Source: a virus. Taken from it: a stretch of 64,000 bases of DNA. The position numbers were made by a program, and so were the translations under genes. A model generated the notes under the pieces. The model was not told the DNA's origin. It searched no databases and saw only the letters and a program-made list of their open reading frames with translations. Of the stretch, positions 19,271 through 30,600 are shown piece after piece. Numbering within the stretch: position 1 is the stretch's first letter; each line of letters starts with the position of its first letter. Where the stretch lies: the IMG/VR virus record IMGVR_UViG_3300047994_000162, positions 4,536-68,535 of that record, one strand, 5' to 3'.

Positions 19271-20007
19271 TGCCCCAATCCTAGCGACGGCGCTGCGGTC
19301 TGAATGCCGGCCGGGCCCGAGGCGGCCGGAATGGTGCCAACCGCGCCAAGGCTGGGCGGCAATCCGGTCGTCGGCGCCAGGCCAGACCATGTCGGCGCGC
19401 CCGCGATTGGCGTGCCGGCGGTGATCTGGCTCATGAGGTTATTCTGGGATTGGACGGCATCCTGCAGAGTCAGCAGCGGTTGCTCGAAATCCCACTGGTA
19501 GGTGTTCTGGGCCTGATTGCTGTTGCCGCTGGACGTGTCGGTGATGTCGAGCAACAGGCAATTCGTATAAAAGAACGATGGCGTCGCCACCGTGAACGTC
19601 CCTCCGGATGCGGTGTGAGCCTCGACCGCCGCCTCCAGCGCCGTCATCGTCGCCAGCTTGACCGCGAAGCCGCCCTCGTCTTTTGCCGGGCAGATCATCT
19701 TCATGGAAATGCCGCGCGGCTGCTTGATGCGCGCGTTGGCGGCCACTGCCTGATTCGCGAAGGGGATTTTCGCATACTGGTTGCTGGCGAGCTTCGATCC
19801 GGCCAGCGGGACAAAGTGGGCGAAAAAATCGTCGAAATCGACCGGGTCGCCGCCACTGAGGATTCCCTGTACGAACGACAGCGCCTGCGTAATCAGGATG
19901 ATCGGCAGCATCCCGCCCGGGATGCTGCCCGCGATGCCGCCCGTGAAAATGATCGGGCTGAGTTCGAAGCTCATCTGGTAGGCCAGGCGGCCGGGTGATT
20001 GTCCCAT
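19267..20007 (-). CDS. Tail tube initiator / baseplate protein
   Basis: FTVATPSFFYTNCLL...WDFEQP; follows tape measure. Confidence 0.6.
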   Translation of the reverse strand: MGQSPGRLAYQMSFELSPIIFTGGIAGSIPGGMLPIILITQALSFVQGILSGGDPVDFDDFFAHFVPLAGSKLASNQYAKIPFANQAVAANARIKQPRGISMKMICPAKDEGGFAVKLATMTALEAAVEAHTASGGTFTVATPSFFYTNCLLLDITDTSSGNSNQAQNTYQWDFEQPLLTLQDAVQSQNNLMSQITAGTPIAGAPTWSGLAPTTGLPPSLGAVGTIPAASGPAGIQTAAPSLGLGQ

Positions 20008-20011
20008 GGGC

Positions 20012-21700
20012 TCAATTCTTCAGCGCATTGGTGGAAATGATGGCATTGCCGCCGGTGTTGTTCTCGATCTGCACCTTCATGCCCTGAGTGCCGTTGATAT
20101 ACTTTTGGCCCTCGGGTTTCAGCGTCGCCGGATTGTCGCCCGATCGCGCAAACACATTACCCGCTCCGGTCCCCTGATTGTAGGCCGCCAGCACCTCGGT
20201 GACGTTGCCGTGGTATTTCTTGGCATAGGCGGCGAGGATCTTCCGCGCCGCGGCCTCGTTGCCGGCCTTATTCCAAAGCGACGCCGGGTCGATTCCGAAC
20301 TCCTGCGCGGTGCTGGGCTTGATCTGATATCGACCGACGGCGCCCCAGGGATTCGCTTTTCCGTCGGTGCCGCCCTCCCGCTTTTCCACCATCGCTAGAA
20401 GCTGATCTTGCGAAAGTGAGTTGGCGTTGCCGAACAGTATGTGGCCAAGCTGGCCCAGCGCCGTCGTGGTGCCGTTGGCGCGATCGCGACGCATTTCGCC
20501 GGCTGTCTGGCGACCCTCGCCGTGGATTTTCGACCACCTTGCGCGATCGCGAACGCCTTTGCCGCCGAGATCCTCGCCCTTGCCAAAATAGGTCGCCACC
20601 CCGCCGATCGCCGCAGCGATTCGGCCGATGCCATTGACGAAATCCCTGATGTTCTTTTGAAACTCCTCGGTGCCGATGTAGGTGGCGAATTTTTCCAGCG
20701 CGACGTCGATCTTGCCGACCCACTGCTCAAGCGGGCCGCCTTTCTCGAACATCGTCGTGGCAATCTTTTCGACCGACTCCGATAGCTTGGACAGCCCAGG
20801 CGCCAGATTGACCAGCCCCTTGACGAAAATCGTGTTGATGTCCTTGCCGGCGTTGTCCAACTGCGTCACGAAATTCTGCCATTTTTCGGCGGTGTCGGCT
20901 GGAAGATCAAATTGCGCCCGTCGCTGGCCGAACTGGCCGATCATCTTCTCAAGCTCGCCTGGCACCCGCAAGCGATTGAGCGTCTCTGGACCCGCGAACT
21001 GATCCAGCCGACGGGCTTGTAGGACTTGCGCGTACAGCGCCGGGTTGGTGGTGTCGGCGATCGTTTTCAATTTTCGCAACAACGCCACGGCCGTGTCGGA
21101 GGTATCGCCGCCGATCTCTTTGTCGGTCAGTCCGGCGCCCAGCAGGCCGGTGCGTTTCGTGATGTCGAACTTGGCGCCCGATACGGCCGACAGGAACGAG
21201 TCGGGGTCGACGAATCGACTGAAATTAGTCTTGAACGCCTCTTGCCCGCCGATGCCTGCGCCGATGCCGAGCGCTGATCGACGGCTGTTTGCAGCGCCCA
21301 GCGCCAGGCGATCGATACCGAACAGCCCGCCGGCACCGATCAGGCCGCCGATCACGCCGGTGACGCTGGCCCATTTCAGCAATTGTGTGGTCGCGCCGGT
21401 GATGTTGCTGGTGAACTCGCGGGTGTCGCGGGCCATCGTTTTCCAGATATCCGACATGCTCCGGGTGCGCCGATAAGCGGTTTCCTCGGCGCGCTCGCGC
21501 AGCTTGGCCTGCACGTTGGCGGCGACCATCTGGTCGACCATCTTTTTGTAGCTGGCTCGACTGCCATCAATATCGTTGTTCACCAGCGCCCAGGCGGCCC
21601 GAGACGACTTGATGGCGGCGTTGTATTTCTGCATCAGATCGTAGACGGCCTTGAGCCTGCCGTCGCGGATGTCGATGTCGATGATGCTTTTGACCGCCAC
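20012..21700 (-). CDS. Tape measure protein with C-terminal lytic transglycosylase domain
   Basis: Helical Ala/Gly-rich body; REGG...AVGRYQIKPSTA...LAAYNQG SLT motifs. Confidence 0.8.
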   Translation of the reverse strand: MAVKSIIDIDIRDGRLKAVYDLMQKYNAAIKSSRAAWALVNNDIDGSRASYKKMVDQMVAANVQAKLRERAEETAYRRTRSMSDIWKTMARDTREFTSNITGATTQLLKWASVTGVIGGLIGAGGLFGIDRLALGAANSRRSALGIGAGIGGQEAFKTNFSRFVDPDSFLSAVSGAKFDITKRTGLLGAGLTDKEIGGDTSDTAVALLRKLKTIADTTNPALYAQVLQARRLDQFAGPETLNRLRVPGELEKMIGQFGQRRAQFDLPADTAEKWQNFVTQLDNAGKDINTIFVKGLVNLAPGLSKLSESVEKIATTMFEKGGPLEQWVGKIDVALEKFATYIGTEEFQKNIRDFVNGIGRIAAAIGGVATYFGKGEDLGGKGVRDRARWSKIHGEGRQTAGEMRRDRANGTTTALGQLGHILFGNANSLSQDQLLAMVEKREGGTDGKANPWGAVGRYQIKPSTAQEFGIDPASLWNKAGNEAAARKILAAYAKKYHGNVTEVLAAYNQGTGAGNVFARSGDNPATLKPEGQKYINGTQGMKVQIENNTGGNAIISTNALKN

Positions 21701-21704
21701 CGCG

Positions 21705-21956
21705 CTATGCCCTCCGACCGAACAGCGTCCAGATCAGCAGCCTTTGCCGGAACTCGTGCGCCGATGCGTACTCGAAATCTAGCACGGCCTTGATGACTTC
21801 CGGGAATCCTATCCCGGCGGCCCAATCTAGACAGGCACCGACCGCGGTTTGCTGTCCACGGTCGCATTCGCATGTTCGGGCTTTTCGCTCGCAGGCGCAG
21901 GGGACTTCGCGCCAGAATTGACGGTCCCGGTCGACGTCCTCAAGAAATTCGACCAT
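21705..21956 (-). CDS. Possible second tail-chaperone ORF in the -1 frame
   Basis: Overlaps chaperone 3' end and fills the gap to tape measure. Confidence 0.35.
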   Translation of the reverse strand: MVEFLEDVDRDRQFWREVPCACERKARTCECDRGQQTAVGACLDWAAGIGFPEVIKAVLDFEYASAHEFRQRLLIWTLFGRRA

Positions 21957-22543
21957 TCCGTACAGGTCAAGGACGTGAGTTGCGCTCCCCAGATGTCGCC
22001 AGCCGCGGTCAGCACTCCCTCCCGCTGGGCCCGGTTTAGGGTCGCATAGGCGACAATAAAAAAAGCGATCGCGTTCTCCACCTCGCGGCGATCTTCCTCC
22101 GAAATCACCCCTTGATCGGATGCGACTTGAAGCGGCAACTGGACGTCCCAGCGCCCCTCCTTGCCGAGTGCGATCACGTTCGTCAGCCGGCGCATTTCCT
22201 CGACCAGCCCGCGCTCGATACCGATCTGGTCGCGCTTTGGATCATCGTGCCAGACGCCCTTTTCGGTCGCGATGTGGCGAAGCACCCGCATGGCGTGGCC
22301 GGGTCCGGCCGCGAAGCCAAGCCCCTGCGAAAAGATCGCGTTGTAGGTCTGCCCCAGCACCATGAAATAGCGGTCGACGACCGCCTCGCCGAGTGGCGTG
22401 GAATGGATATACGCGACGATCGGCGTGTCCATGATCGGCTTGCCGGCGTCGTCCAGCACTGGCTTTCCGGCGTGATCGACGCGCGCGACTTCTTCGTCGG
22501 CGTAGATAGGCACAATGAGATTGAGGCGCTTGTCAATTTTCAT
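21827..22543 (-). CDS. Tail assembly chaperone
   Basis: Between tube and tape measure; AACAGGGAA RBS. Confidence 0.6.
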   Translation of the reverse strand: MKIDKRLNLIVPIYADEEVARVDHAGKPVLDDAGKPIMDTPIVAYIHSTPLGEAVVDRYFMVLGQTYNAIFSQGLGFAAGPGHAMRVLRHIATEKGVWHDDPKRDQIGIERGLVEEMRRLTNVIALGKEGRWDVQLPLQVASDQGVISEEDRREVENAIAFFIVAYATLNRAQREGVLTAAGDIWGAQLTSLTCTEWSNFLRTSTGTVNSGAKSPAPASEKPEHANATVDSKPRSVPV

Positions 22544-22719
22544 GGTTTGGTTCCCTGTTCAGAAGCGACCTGCGCGTTTCGCGCCAGCACGCCAGCGCTG
22601 ATCCTAGCACGGACTTCTGGTCGCGAGACCGATTCGCGGCTTTCAAGATCGCCTTCCGAAATTGATTCATTTTGTCAGCGCTCCCTGTTCGCCGACAAAC
22701 GTCTATATCACTGATTTTT

Positions 22720-23163
22720 CTAGGAAAAAAGTGAGTTGTTAATTACCCAATACCCGCGGCACGTCACCGCGAAGATCGGCGTCGAGCCGTTGAACAGCAA
22801 TTCGCCCACTGTCTGAATCGACATGTTGTAGAGCGAATAGGGCGTCAAGCCGCTGGTGACGTCTGGATAGACGGTGCCCGGACCCAGCAGCACCGAGTCC
22901 TCCATCTTGGCCTTATAGGCCTCCGCGAGCGCTTGCGTCTTAAGCAACGCAATCACGACGCTGACCGGCATATAGGGCTCCGGCGATTGGACGACGCCCG
23001 TCATGGTGCCATGCTGGACCGATGCCTCGCCCTCCTTGCGGAGGTTGATGCCGTCCTTGTCGAGGAACGGGGCCGTGACATTCAGTCCCGGGAAATTCGT
23101 CCACGTGACGTTTCCCTTGATCCTGTTCAGCACACCCTGGTCGATTAGTGGGTTTCCGGCCAT
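22720..23163 (-). CDS. Tail tube protein
   Basis: 147 aa, directly after sheath. Confidence 0.7.
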   Translation of the reverse strand: MAGNPLIDQGVLNRIKGNVTWTNFPGLNVTAPFLDKDGINLRKEGEASVQHGTMTGVVQSPEPYMPVSVVIALLKTQALAEAYKAKMEDSVLLGPGTVYPDVTSGLTPYSLYNMSIQTVGELLFNGSTPIFAVTCRGYWVINNSLFS

Positions 23164-23173
23164 CGATCAGTCC

Positions 23174-24808
23174 TCACCCGGCAAAGTTGCTCACGGTCAC
23201 GTTGACCGTGATGTTTTCGAACCCGCGCAGCGGCGTGTAGTCGACCGAAATGCCGTTGTAAGTCCCGCTTTGATAGTCGTTCGGGTTCTCCGTGGCATAG
23301 CTTCCGAACGGGTCGGCATTGATGAGCGTGTTGGCCGCGTAGGTGCCGGCGTCGATCGCCGCCTGCAAATCCGCCGCCGACAGCGTCGTTTGCTTGATCG
23401 GGTTGAGCACCAACCCCACGCCGATGCCGGTCGACATCGTGCTGACCGCCGATTGCTGGAGCGTGTTGACGCCTGGCTGATCGTAGTCGAGCGGGTTTTG
23501 AGGATTGTTCGCACCATCGATCAGCGCCGCGATCATGTTCCGCTGCAAATTGATCTGGGTGTAGTCGACCGAATACCAATACTTGAACGGATTCCCGTCC
23601 AGCATCTTGCCGCCCAAAACGAGGGTGCCAGAGATCCCGCCGGCCGCGCCGGTGCCGATCAAGTTCACGTTCGCGGCCAGCAGCGTGTTGATGAGCGCGG
23701 CATTGCCCTGCGTCGGGAACGGCGTGACGCCAAACACGAAAGCATTGTTGAGAGGCGTGACCTTGTTGTTCGAGTTCGGCGCGTAATTCAGCGTGACGCG
23801 GAACTCCGATGCCAAGCTGAACTCGGTCGACGGAATGCCGCCCGAGGAATACTGGCTCTGCTGGAGCGTGCCCAGCTGAGTGTCGACGCCCGGGCTCGAT
23901 GCCAGATTATAGACCAGCGTGTCGCCGGCGGTGCCTGGCTGGGCCTGATACGTGCCGTTGTAGCCGCTCGGCAGATTGCCTTGCAGGCTGAAGTACTGGC
24001 CGGGCTGGACGCCATGGTTGGTGGTCGTCAGCGCGCTCACGACGCCGGCATTCCATGAAATCGACGTCAATTCGTTCGCTGGCCACGCGCCATAGGCCGG
24101 GGCCTCGATCATCAGCACCACGCACTTCATCACGCTGCTGTAAAGCTGATAGGTCGCCAGCGTCGTCGTGACGAAGAAATAGGTCTTGGCGTTGGTGGCG
24201 TTGAAGTTGCCCAGCATCGTCAGGAACGACGCGACGCCATCCCAGAAGCGCGGGACGAGATAGCTGTAGAAAACATTCGGATTCGCGGTGATCCATGCCG
24301 CCAGGAACGCGACGCCATCGACCGCGTTGCCGGGGCCCATTTCGAGGACGCTGACTGCCTGGGCGGTGCCTTGCGCGAAGAACGTCGTGGCCTGCGCGAC
24401 GAGCTCGGTGACGTCCTCGGGCGTATAGACGCCGGGGACCGTGTTCGTGCCGGGGCTTTGCGCCAGCGGATAATTGAAAGTCGTCGGGCTGGTGATGCTG
24501 GCAACAACGCTGCCGTTGTAGCCGGCCGGGCTTGCGCCCGCGATCGTCATGGGAACGGTATCGCCAACCGTGAAGTCGTGCGGGGCCGCAGCCGTGACGG
24601 ACGCAATGCCACCAGCCCATGAAATCGACGAGATCGCCTCGGCGCCGGTCAAAAGCGGCGTCAGATCGGACATCTGGGTCAGCAGCGAGATCGTGCCAGG
24701 CGACGTGATGGTGGCGCCCTGCGAAAGCAGCGCGCCTTGTTTCTGCAATGTCGACGGAATCGGTGCCGACTGAATGCTGACGGTGACGTTGACAATCGGG
24801 TTCGACAT
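23174..24808 (-). CDS. Tail sheath protein with two inserted beta-domains
   Basis: NPIVNVTVS N-terminus; G.F.YWYSVD, NPLDYDQPG, C-terminal ITVNVTV. Confidence 0.8.
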   Translation of the reverse strand: MSNPIVNVTVSIQSAPIPSTLQKQGALLSQGATITSPGTISLLTQMSDLTPLLTGAEAISSISWAGGIASVTAAAPHDFTVGDTVPMTIAGASPAGYNGSVVASITSPTTFNYPLAQSPGTNTVPGVYTPEDVTELVAQATTFFAQGTAQAVSVLEMGPGNAVDGVAFLAAWITANPNVFYSYLVPRFWDGVASFLTMLGNFNATNAKTYFFVTTTLATYQLYSSVMKCVVLMIEAPAYGAWPANELTSISWNAGVVSALTTTNHGVQPGQYFSLQGNLPSGYNGTYQAQPGTAGDTLVYNLASSPGVDTQLGTLQQSQYSSGGIPSTEFSLASEFRVTLNYAPNSNNKVTPLNNAFVFGVTPFPTQGNAALINTLLAANVNLIGTGAAGGISGTLVLGGKMLDGNPFKYWYSVDYTQINLQRNMIAALIDGANNPQNPLDYDQPGVNTLQQSAVSTMSTGIGVGLVLNPIKQTTLSAADLQAAIDAGTYAANTLINADPFGSYATENPNDYQSGTYNGISVDYTPLRGFENITVNVTVSNFAG

Positions 24809-24834
24809 GGCGCGTCCCTTTTAAGCCGCGGGCT

Positions 24835-25521
24835 TTACGCCGGCAATTCTTCCCACTGGAACGTGCCGAGGAATCCGGCGGCGGGACCGGCAGCGTTGGC
24901 GCCGATCGCGACGTAGCCGCCGGGCGGAATGACGAGGTCGTCGTCGACATCGGCATCGAAATTGACGTTGTTGGTCGATGCGACGCCAGCGGCGAGCCAA
25001 CGATCCCAAACCGGGGTGCCGACCAGCGTGCAGGCCGCATCGAGCTTTGCCTGCGATGCCGGCGCAACGACCGATCCGCTGGCGGCAGCCGCGCCGACGT
25101 AGCCGCTGACAATGCCGGTGACCGGGGTGGTGTGCGCCGTGATACCACCAGCCGCCCAGCCGGTGATCAGGCCGATTGCGAGTTCGGCGGCCGGCGCGAC
25201 GATGATGACGCCCGAGACTTTCTTGAGCACCAGATTGACGGTCGATGCCGCCGGATTGCTGAGGCAAAGGCCGGTGTAGGTGGTGGCCAGCGCGGCCGAC
25301 AGCGCGGCGCCCGCCGCGTTCGATCCACGGAAATTCGAGCCGGCCTGGGCGGCGGTAACCACGGCGCCTTGCGCGTTCAAGATCGCGGGCGTGCCGTATA
25401 CGGACCAGTATCGCTTGCCGTGGCGTTGGGAGGTTGAAAGGTCAGCCTGCGAACCGAGCGCGCCGCCACCGAGGGCTTTGCTGAATTTCTGTGCGAAAAA
25501 ACCAAGCGGCGGCTGGCCCAT
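24835..25521 (-). CDS. Putative virion structural/decoration protein
   Basis: Ala/Gly-rich beta protein ending LVIPPGG...FQWEE; GAGGAGG RBS. Confidence 0.5.
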   Translation of the reverse strand: MGQPPLGFFAQKFSKALGGGALGSQADLSTSQRHGKRYWSVYGTPAILNAQGAVVTAAQAGSNFRGSNAAGAALSAALATTYTGLCLSNPAASTVNLVLKKVSGVIIVAPAAELAIGLITGWAAGGITAHTTPVTGIVSGYVGAAAASGSVVAPASQAKLDAACTLVGTPVWDRWLAAGVASTNNVNFDADVDDDLVIPPGGYVAIGANAAGPAAGFLGTFQWEELPA

Positions 25522-25690
25522 GGGAAAACCTCCTCAGGTTTGACCTTGCGGTCGACCGGCGGGGTGCCGGTCATCTGTCCCGATTCAGTCTCTACATCAA
25601 AATTCCGGGTCTTGCACTAGCGATCAACAGCCACGGCAGATGTCCGGCGGCGCCGGCGGATAGGGCAGTAGATCTTCGATCTGGCTCTGA

Positions 25691-25948
25691 TTAGCGGGGA
25701 AAGTGCATCAGGCCACCCCCGGCGCCTAACAGGCAGGAGATTAGCGCGAAGATGATATACACAGCCATGATGGCGACGACCGCCCACAGCACAATGTTGA
25801 TGATCTGGCCGACGATCGGGATGCCGATCAGCCCCGTCAGGAACGGGACCAGAAGCCGGATGATGGCGACGATTGCGCACACGATGATAAGCCACACGCA
25901 AAGCTGCTCGATCCATCCCAGCGAAAAGCACATGGCGAAATCCTTCAT
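25691..25948 (-). CDS. Small two-TM membrane protein
   Basis: Highly hydrophobic. Confidence 0.6.
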   Translation of the reverse strand: MKDFAMCFSLGWIEQLCVWLIIVCAIVAIIRLLVPFLTGLIGIPIVGQIINIVLWAVVAIMAVYIIFALISCLLGAGGGLMHFPR

Positions 25949-25990
25949 TGATTGAACCGAGGCAATTCCGTGGCGACCGGATTGTTCCGG

Positions 25991-26347
25991 TCAGTCCTGT
26001 GTCTCGATTTGGAAGCCGTCGTCGGTGTCGGCCAGGCCGGCCGGGATCAGCGGCATCGCGATGATATCGCTGCGGCCGTGCCAGCTATCGGGGCAGAACT
26101 GAATCAGTCCATCGGTGATGATGTAGTGGCACTTCCGAGTCTGGCGCTCGCCGAGGCCAAGCCCGCTCGAGTCGACGCCGCCGGTCCAATGCACGTAGCC
26201 CTGATCGAAGCTCGGCTGGAATGTCGGCCGCGCAACATCGGCGTTGAACGTCCAGCTATCCGGCAGCGGGTGCATCATTTCGCATGCCGGGCACCAATGA
26301 AAGTAGCGGCCAGCGCCACGCCGCAAGATCGGGCTGACCTGATTCAT
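25991..26347 (-). CDS. Cys/His metal-binding protein (DUF6527-like)
   Basis: HWCPAC...H, RPTFQPS, CHYIITDG.IQFC.DS.H. Confidence 0.65.
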   Translation of the reverse strand: MNQVSPILRRGAGRYFHWCPACEMMHPLPDSWTFNADVARPTFQPSFDQGYVHWTGGVDSSGLGLGERQTRKCHYIITDGLIQFCPDSWHGRSDIIAMPLIPAGLADTDDGFQIETQD

Positions 26348-27396
26348 TCAGTGATGACCTCCGGCTCTGGCGGATTGATCGGCTTGCCAGCCAAATACAT
26401 CTGCGGGACAGCCGTCTTGATGACCTGAGTCGCGACCTTTCGCATTGTACCTTGAAGGTATGAAATCTCGAAATCGATCGTCTTCTTGATAGCCAGCGTC
26501 CGCATTTCGGATTGCGTCCGTTTCTCGTCGCGCGGCACCGGCATATTCATCAGGCCGATCACCCCGGTGTCGCTGCTGTAGCGATAAACGGCGTCGATGA
26601 AATCCATCACCATCTGATTCCGCGCACCGAACAGCGTGATCCGCACCGTGTCGGTGACAAGCTGGGTGTGGCTGGACGAATCCGAAGCGATCGTCGGAGC
26701 CGACGCCAGCGCGCGCGTCGCATCCGGGTTGACGTGCACAGCCCCGAACGGCGGTCGTTCATTGTCTGGCACCGCGAACGACGGGAATAGCTGCGGTAGC
26801 GGACCCCAAAACGCCCAGGGCGGCCGGTAGCCGGCGATCTGGAGCCACGCCGGCAAACTGTTCGACACCACCAGATCGGACGAAAATTGGGTGATGTCGT
26901 CGACAACTTGCGTCGCCATGTCCGGATACAGCGCGAAGCCGGCATAATGCCAGAGGCCGGCCTGGCGGTAGCGCATCGACGAGCTCGAAAAGCCGAATTT
27001 GAAACCGTCGAACTCCGCAATCCACATGGTGTCGGGCGCGACTTCGTTTAGTTCCTGCACTTCCTTGTTGGTGGTGAACACGACCCGATTCGCGGCGTAA
27101 TTCTCGGTTTCCTCTTGCCGGAAATCCGTCGTGTAATGCAGCGAGCATTTCGCGATGAACGCGCAATCCTCCATTTCCTCGTCGGAGAGCTGGGGCGCGG
27201 TGATCAGACCGTTCGGCTGGAAAGGCTTTTGCTTCAAAAGTGGAGCCGCTACCCAGAACACGAATCTGTCGAGCGGCAGCACCACGCGGCCGTAGAGCTT
27301 GAACTTGATTTGCTGATTCAGTGAGACTTGCGCGAGGCCGGCCTGTAGATCGCCCGCCATCGGCGTCGCGCTGTCGAAAAGCTCCGAGGCTTCCAT
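26344..27396 (-). CDS. Neck/head-closure or tail-completion protein
   Basis: Position before sheath; YRQAGLWHY.G motif. Confidence 0.55.
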   Translation of the reverse strand: MEASELFDSATPMAGDLQAGLAQVSLNQQIKFKLYGRVVLPLDRFVFWVAAPLLKQKPFQPNGLITAPQLSDEEMEDCAFIAKCSLHYTTDFRQEETENYAANRVVFTTNKEVQELNEVAPDTMWIAEFDGFKFGFSSSSMRYRQAGLWHYAGFALYPDMATQVVDDITQFSSDLVVSNSLPAWLQIAGYRPPWAFWGPLPQLFPSFAVPDNERPPFGAVHVNPDATRALASAPTIASDSSSHTQLVTDTVRITLFGARNQMVMDFIDAVYRYSSDTGVIGLMNMPVPRDEKRTQSEMRTLAIKKTIDFEISYLQGTMRKVATQVIKTAVPQMYLAGKPINPPEPEVITE

Positions 27397-27397
27397 G

Positions 27398-27691
27398 TCA
27401 CATCACCAGTTCTGAGGCCTTCACGAAGAAACAGGTATCGCGCGACGTCGCGATGACGTTCCCGGTGCCTTGCCATTTATAGGTCCATTGCCCCGGCTCG
27501 CTGGGCAAGAACTCCGAATTGTAGGCGCCGACGCCGGTGCGCGAGATCAGGTTCGACGGGATTTCGGTGACATTGCCGTCCGGGTCCATGACGAACAGCG
27601 CCACAGTAATGGGGTCGGCCGGCTCGTTGAGCGCGGTGTTGTAGAACACCACGTTCAACTGGATCAGCGTCTCGACTTGATAGGTGTTCAT
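27398..27691 (-). CDS. Small Ig-like/BppU-like virion protein
   Basis: ADP.TV.L.V.DPDG...G.Y...PGQWTYKWQGTG. Confidence 0.55.
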   Translation of the reverse strand: MNTYQVETLIQLNVVFYNTALNEPADPITVALFVMDPDGNVTEIPSNLISRTGVGAYNSEFLPSEPGQWTYKWQGTGNVIATSRDTCFFVKASELVM

Positions 27692-30600
27692 GGCGGCAAA
27701 CCGATGTCGAACGCGGTTGCGAGATACACGGCGTAATCGCTGGCGATCGCGCCTGACGGTACAAGGAAAATGAACGGACCCCAAGCGCCGCCGATGTCGC
27801 CCAGCATCACGCCGCCCGATCGCTCGGGCCGAGGATGCGGCGGCCAGAACAGCGACGGCTCCCATCCCATCGGGAACGGGATGATCGGCATCGCCTCGGT
27901 GCCATCCTCCCCACGCGCCAGCGCGCCAGATCGCTCCGAGCGCAGATGCGGTGGCTGCCATGGCTGGACATTCCATCCGAACGGGAATCGCACCTGAAAC
28001 GACGAGACGAGCTCGTAGCCGCGATCCAGCGGCGTCCGGACACGCCGGGCCTTGTTCATCGGCAGGGTGGCGTCCCAGCCCCACGTATGGCCGGGGAACG
28101 GGACGAACAGATCGTTGCGCTCGAATGCCAGTTTGTTGCGCTGGCGGGGCCCAACGGGGCGCTCTGGCGGCTCAAAGCCCCATACGACGCGCCGCGCGAT
28201 CGGAATAAATGTCTCGCCAAGCTGGATCGACTTGACCCGGCGGCGCGGGAAAAGCGTCTCGGGATGATCGTAGCCAAACGGGACATAGCGGGGCAGCGGC
28301 AGAAATGAGGGTTCTTGCTCGAGCGCAGGCCCGAAGCGGCGGTAGCGCATCAATTCCGTGGTGTCGATCGACCACGCCGCGGCATCGATCGGCGCCGGCA
28401 GGATCTCGACCAGCGATGTCGCTTGCAAGAATGACGGCCGCTGGCGACGCACGATATTGCCAGGCGTCGAGTCCCAACCCCAGAACGGCCGCGGGACCGG
28501 GGCCTCGATACCGGAATCGCCGGCGTCGACTAGCCGCGGCCGGCGCCGCAACAGCGTCTGCGGGACCATGTCAAACCGATTCAGGATGGCGAAGAACGGC
28601 GCTTCCGAGCCGTCCAGCCCGCGCATCAACGCGCCTGCGATCTGGCGCCGCGGCCATTGGAGCGGCGGTGGCGGCATGATTTCCCACCCGATGAACGACG
28701 GCGGACGGATGATCGGCAACTGATGCCCTTCGTCGCCTCGCGCGATCGCGCCAGATCGCTTTTCGGGCACCGGATGCGGCGGTTGGGGCATCTGAATCGG
28801 CCAGCCGAACGGAATAAACCGCCGCAGGAAATCGGCCGTGCCATCGTCGCCACGCATGATCGCGCCGGCCCGGCGCTCCGGGGTCGGATGGTTTGGCTGT
28901 GGCGGCTGGATCGGGAATGCGAACGGAAAGAACCGAATCATGCCGGCATAGTTGCCGTCGTCGCCCCGCATGGTGCCGGCGGCGCGCTGATTCGGCAGCC
29001 GAATGAGTCGCGCTGGAGGCTGAGGCGATTGGATTTCCCAACCAGCCGGATAGAACGGCACCAACGCCGGCTGATCGTTCGAATCGGCGTCGTCGCCGCC
29101 GATCAGCGCGGAATATCGCTGCGCGACGCGCGGATTCGTGGGCGGATGGACGCTCTGGATTTCCCAGCCGGCGTTTTGCCAGTTGATGAAAGCCGCTTCG
29201 TTGCCCTCGTCACCGCGCATCGTCGCCGCTGCTTTGACGTTCTGCTTTGCGATATTTCCGGTGTTGGGATTCGGCGGCTGGAACGGCTGGATTTCCCAGC
29301 CTTGTGCGAATGCCGCGCCAGGCGGGATGAAATTGAACGGCGCCTGCGTACCTGAATCACCGGCCATGATGGCGCCAGCACGCAAATTCGGACGCTGACT
29401 CGTCGCCCGGATGTCGCGGTCGTTCCGATTGAGTTCGAACAGCGCCGTCGAAATAAGCTGTTGATAAGTGACGACGATCAGACCGTTCGCGCCTGTGCCG
29501 CCGCCGTTGGCCGTGGTCGCGCCGCTCCCGCAGCCGCCGCCGCCGCCGCCGAACAGGCCGCCGTTCCCTCCCTTGCCGCCCTGGCCGGTCGCGTTGTTGC
29601 CGCCGCCGCCGCCGCCACCGCCGCCTGACCCGAACAGTCCAAGATACTCGACGCCGTTGCCACCGTTGCCGGCACTACCGCCGCCGGATACGGACGAGCC
29701 GCCACCGGCGCCGCCGCCGCCGCCGTTGGTGCCGTTGGTGCCCGCGCCACCGATCGAGCTTGACCCGAACGCGCCGCCCGCGCCGGACCCAGTCCCGCCG
29801 AAATTGTTTCCGCCCGCGCCACCGACACCGCTATTTGGACCATCGGCACCGACCGTGCCGCCACCCGAGCCGCCGCCGCCGCCGCCGGACCAATTACCGC
29901 CGGAGCCACGCCCCCCGCCGCCGGCCGCGCCGACACCGTTCGGTCCACCGGCGCCACCGCCGCCGCCGCCCGCCGCAGACGTCGGGCCTACGTTGCCGCC
30001 ATTGCCAGCGCCGCCCGCGAAACCGGTCCCGTTGACGACCGTGCCGCCAGCGCCGGCCGACCCGGAGCCGCCACCGATTCCGGGGCCGCCGCCATTGGCC
30101 TGCACGGAGTTGTTACCGGTGCCGCTGGTGCCGTTGAAGAACGATGCCGTGCCTCCGGTCCCGCTCCCGCCGCTGCCGGTTCCAGCCGCGCCTCCGGTGC
30201 CGACCTGAAACGGCAAATTCTGCCCCGACGACGCCGTGATGTTCGTCGCTTTTGCATAGGCACCGCCACCGCCGCTGAAACCCGACGTCCCCGAGGCACC
30301 AGCCACAGCGCCAGCACCACCGCCGCCTGCGCCGATCGCCTCCGCGCTGTTGCTGGCCACGTTGAAATCGGTCGGCACCGGAAAGATCGCGCCGGACTGG
30401 AGAAAATAGATCGTCGGATTCGACGTAGGCAGGAACGAGATTACGATCAGGCCCTGCTTGCCGACAGCGCCCGTCGTCAGGCCGGCGCCGCCGCCCGCGC
30501 CATAGTTACCGCCCTGGCCTCCCGTCGTGATGCCGCCGCCGCCACCGCCGCCAGACCCGGCCGCGCCACCGTTGTTCGCGTTCGTGGTCGCCTCGGTCCC

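Noticed and set aside
21705-21960. Programmed -1 frameshift in the tail chaperone
   Set aside because: Arrangement fits, but I found no convincing slippery heptamer; kept only as a low-confidence CDS
28700-29230. RGD motifs as integrin ligands
   Set aside because: Variants (RGL, RGE, AGD, LGD) show the conserved feature is the repeat, not RGD itself; no evidence of an animal context
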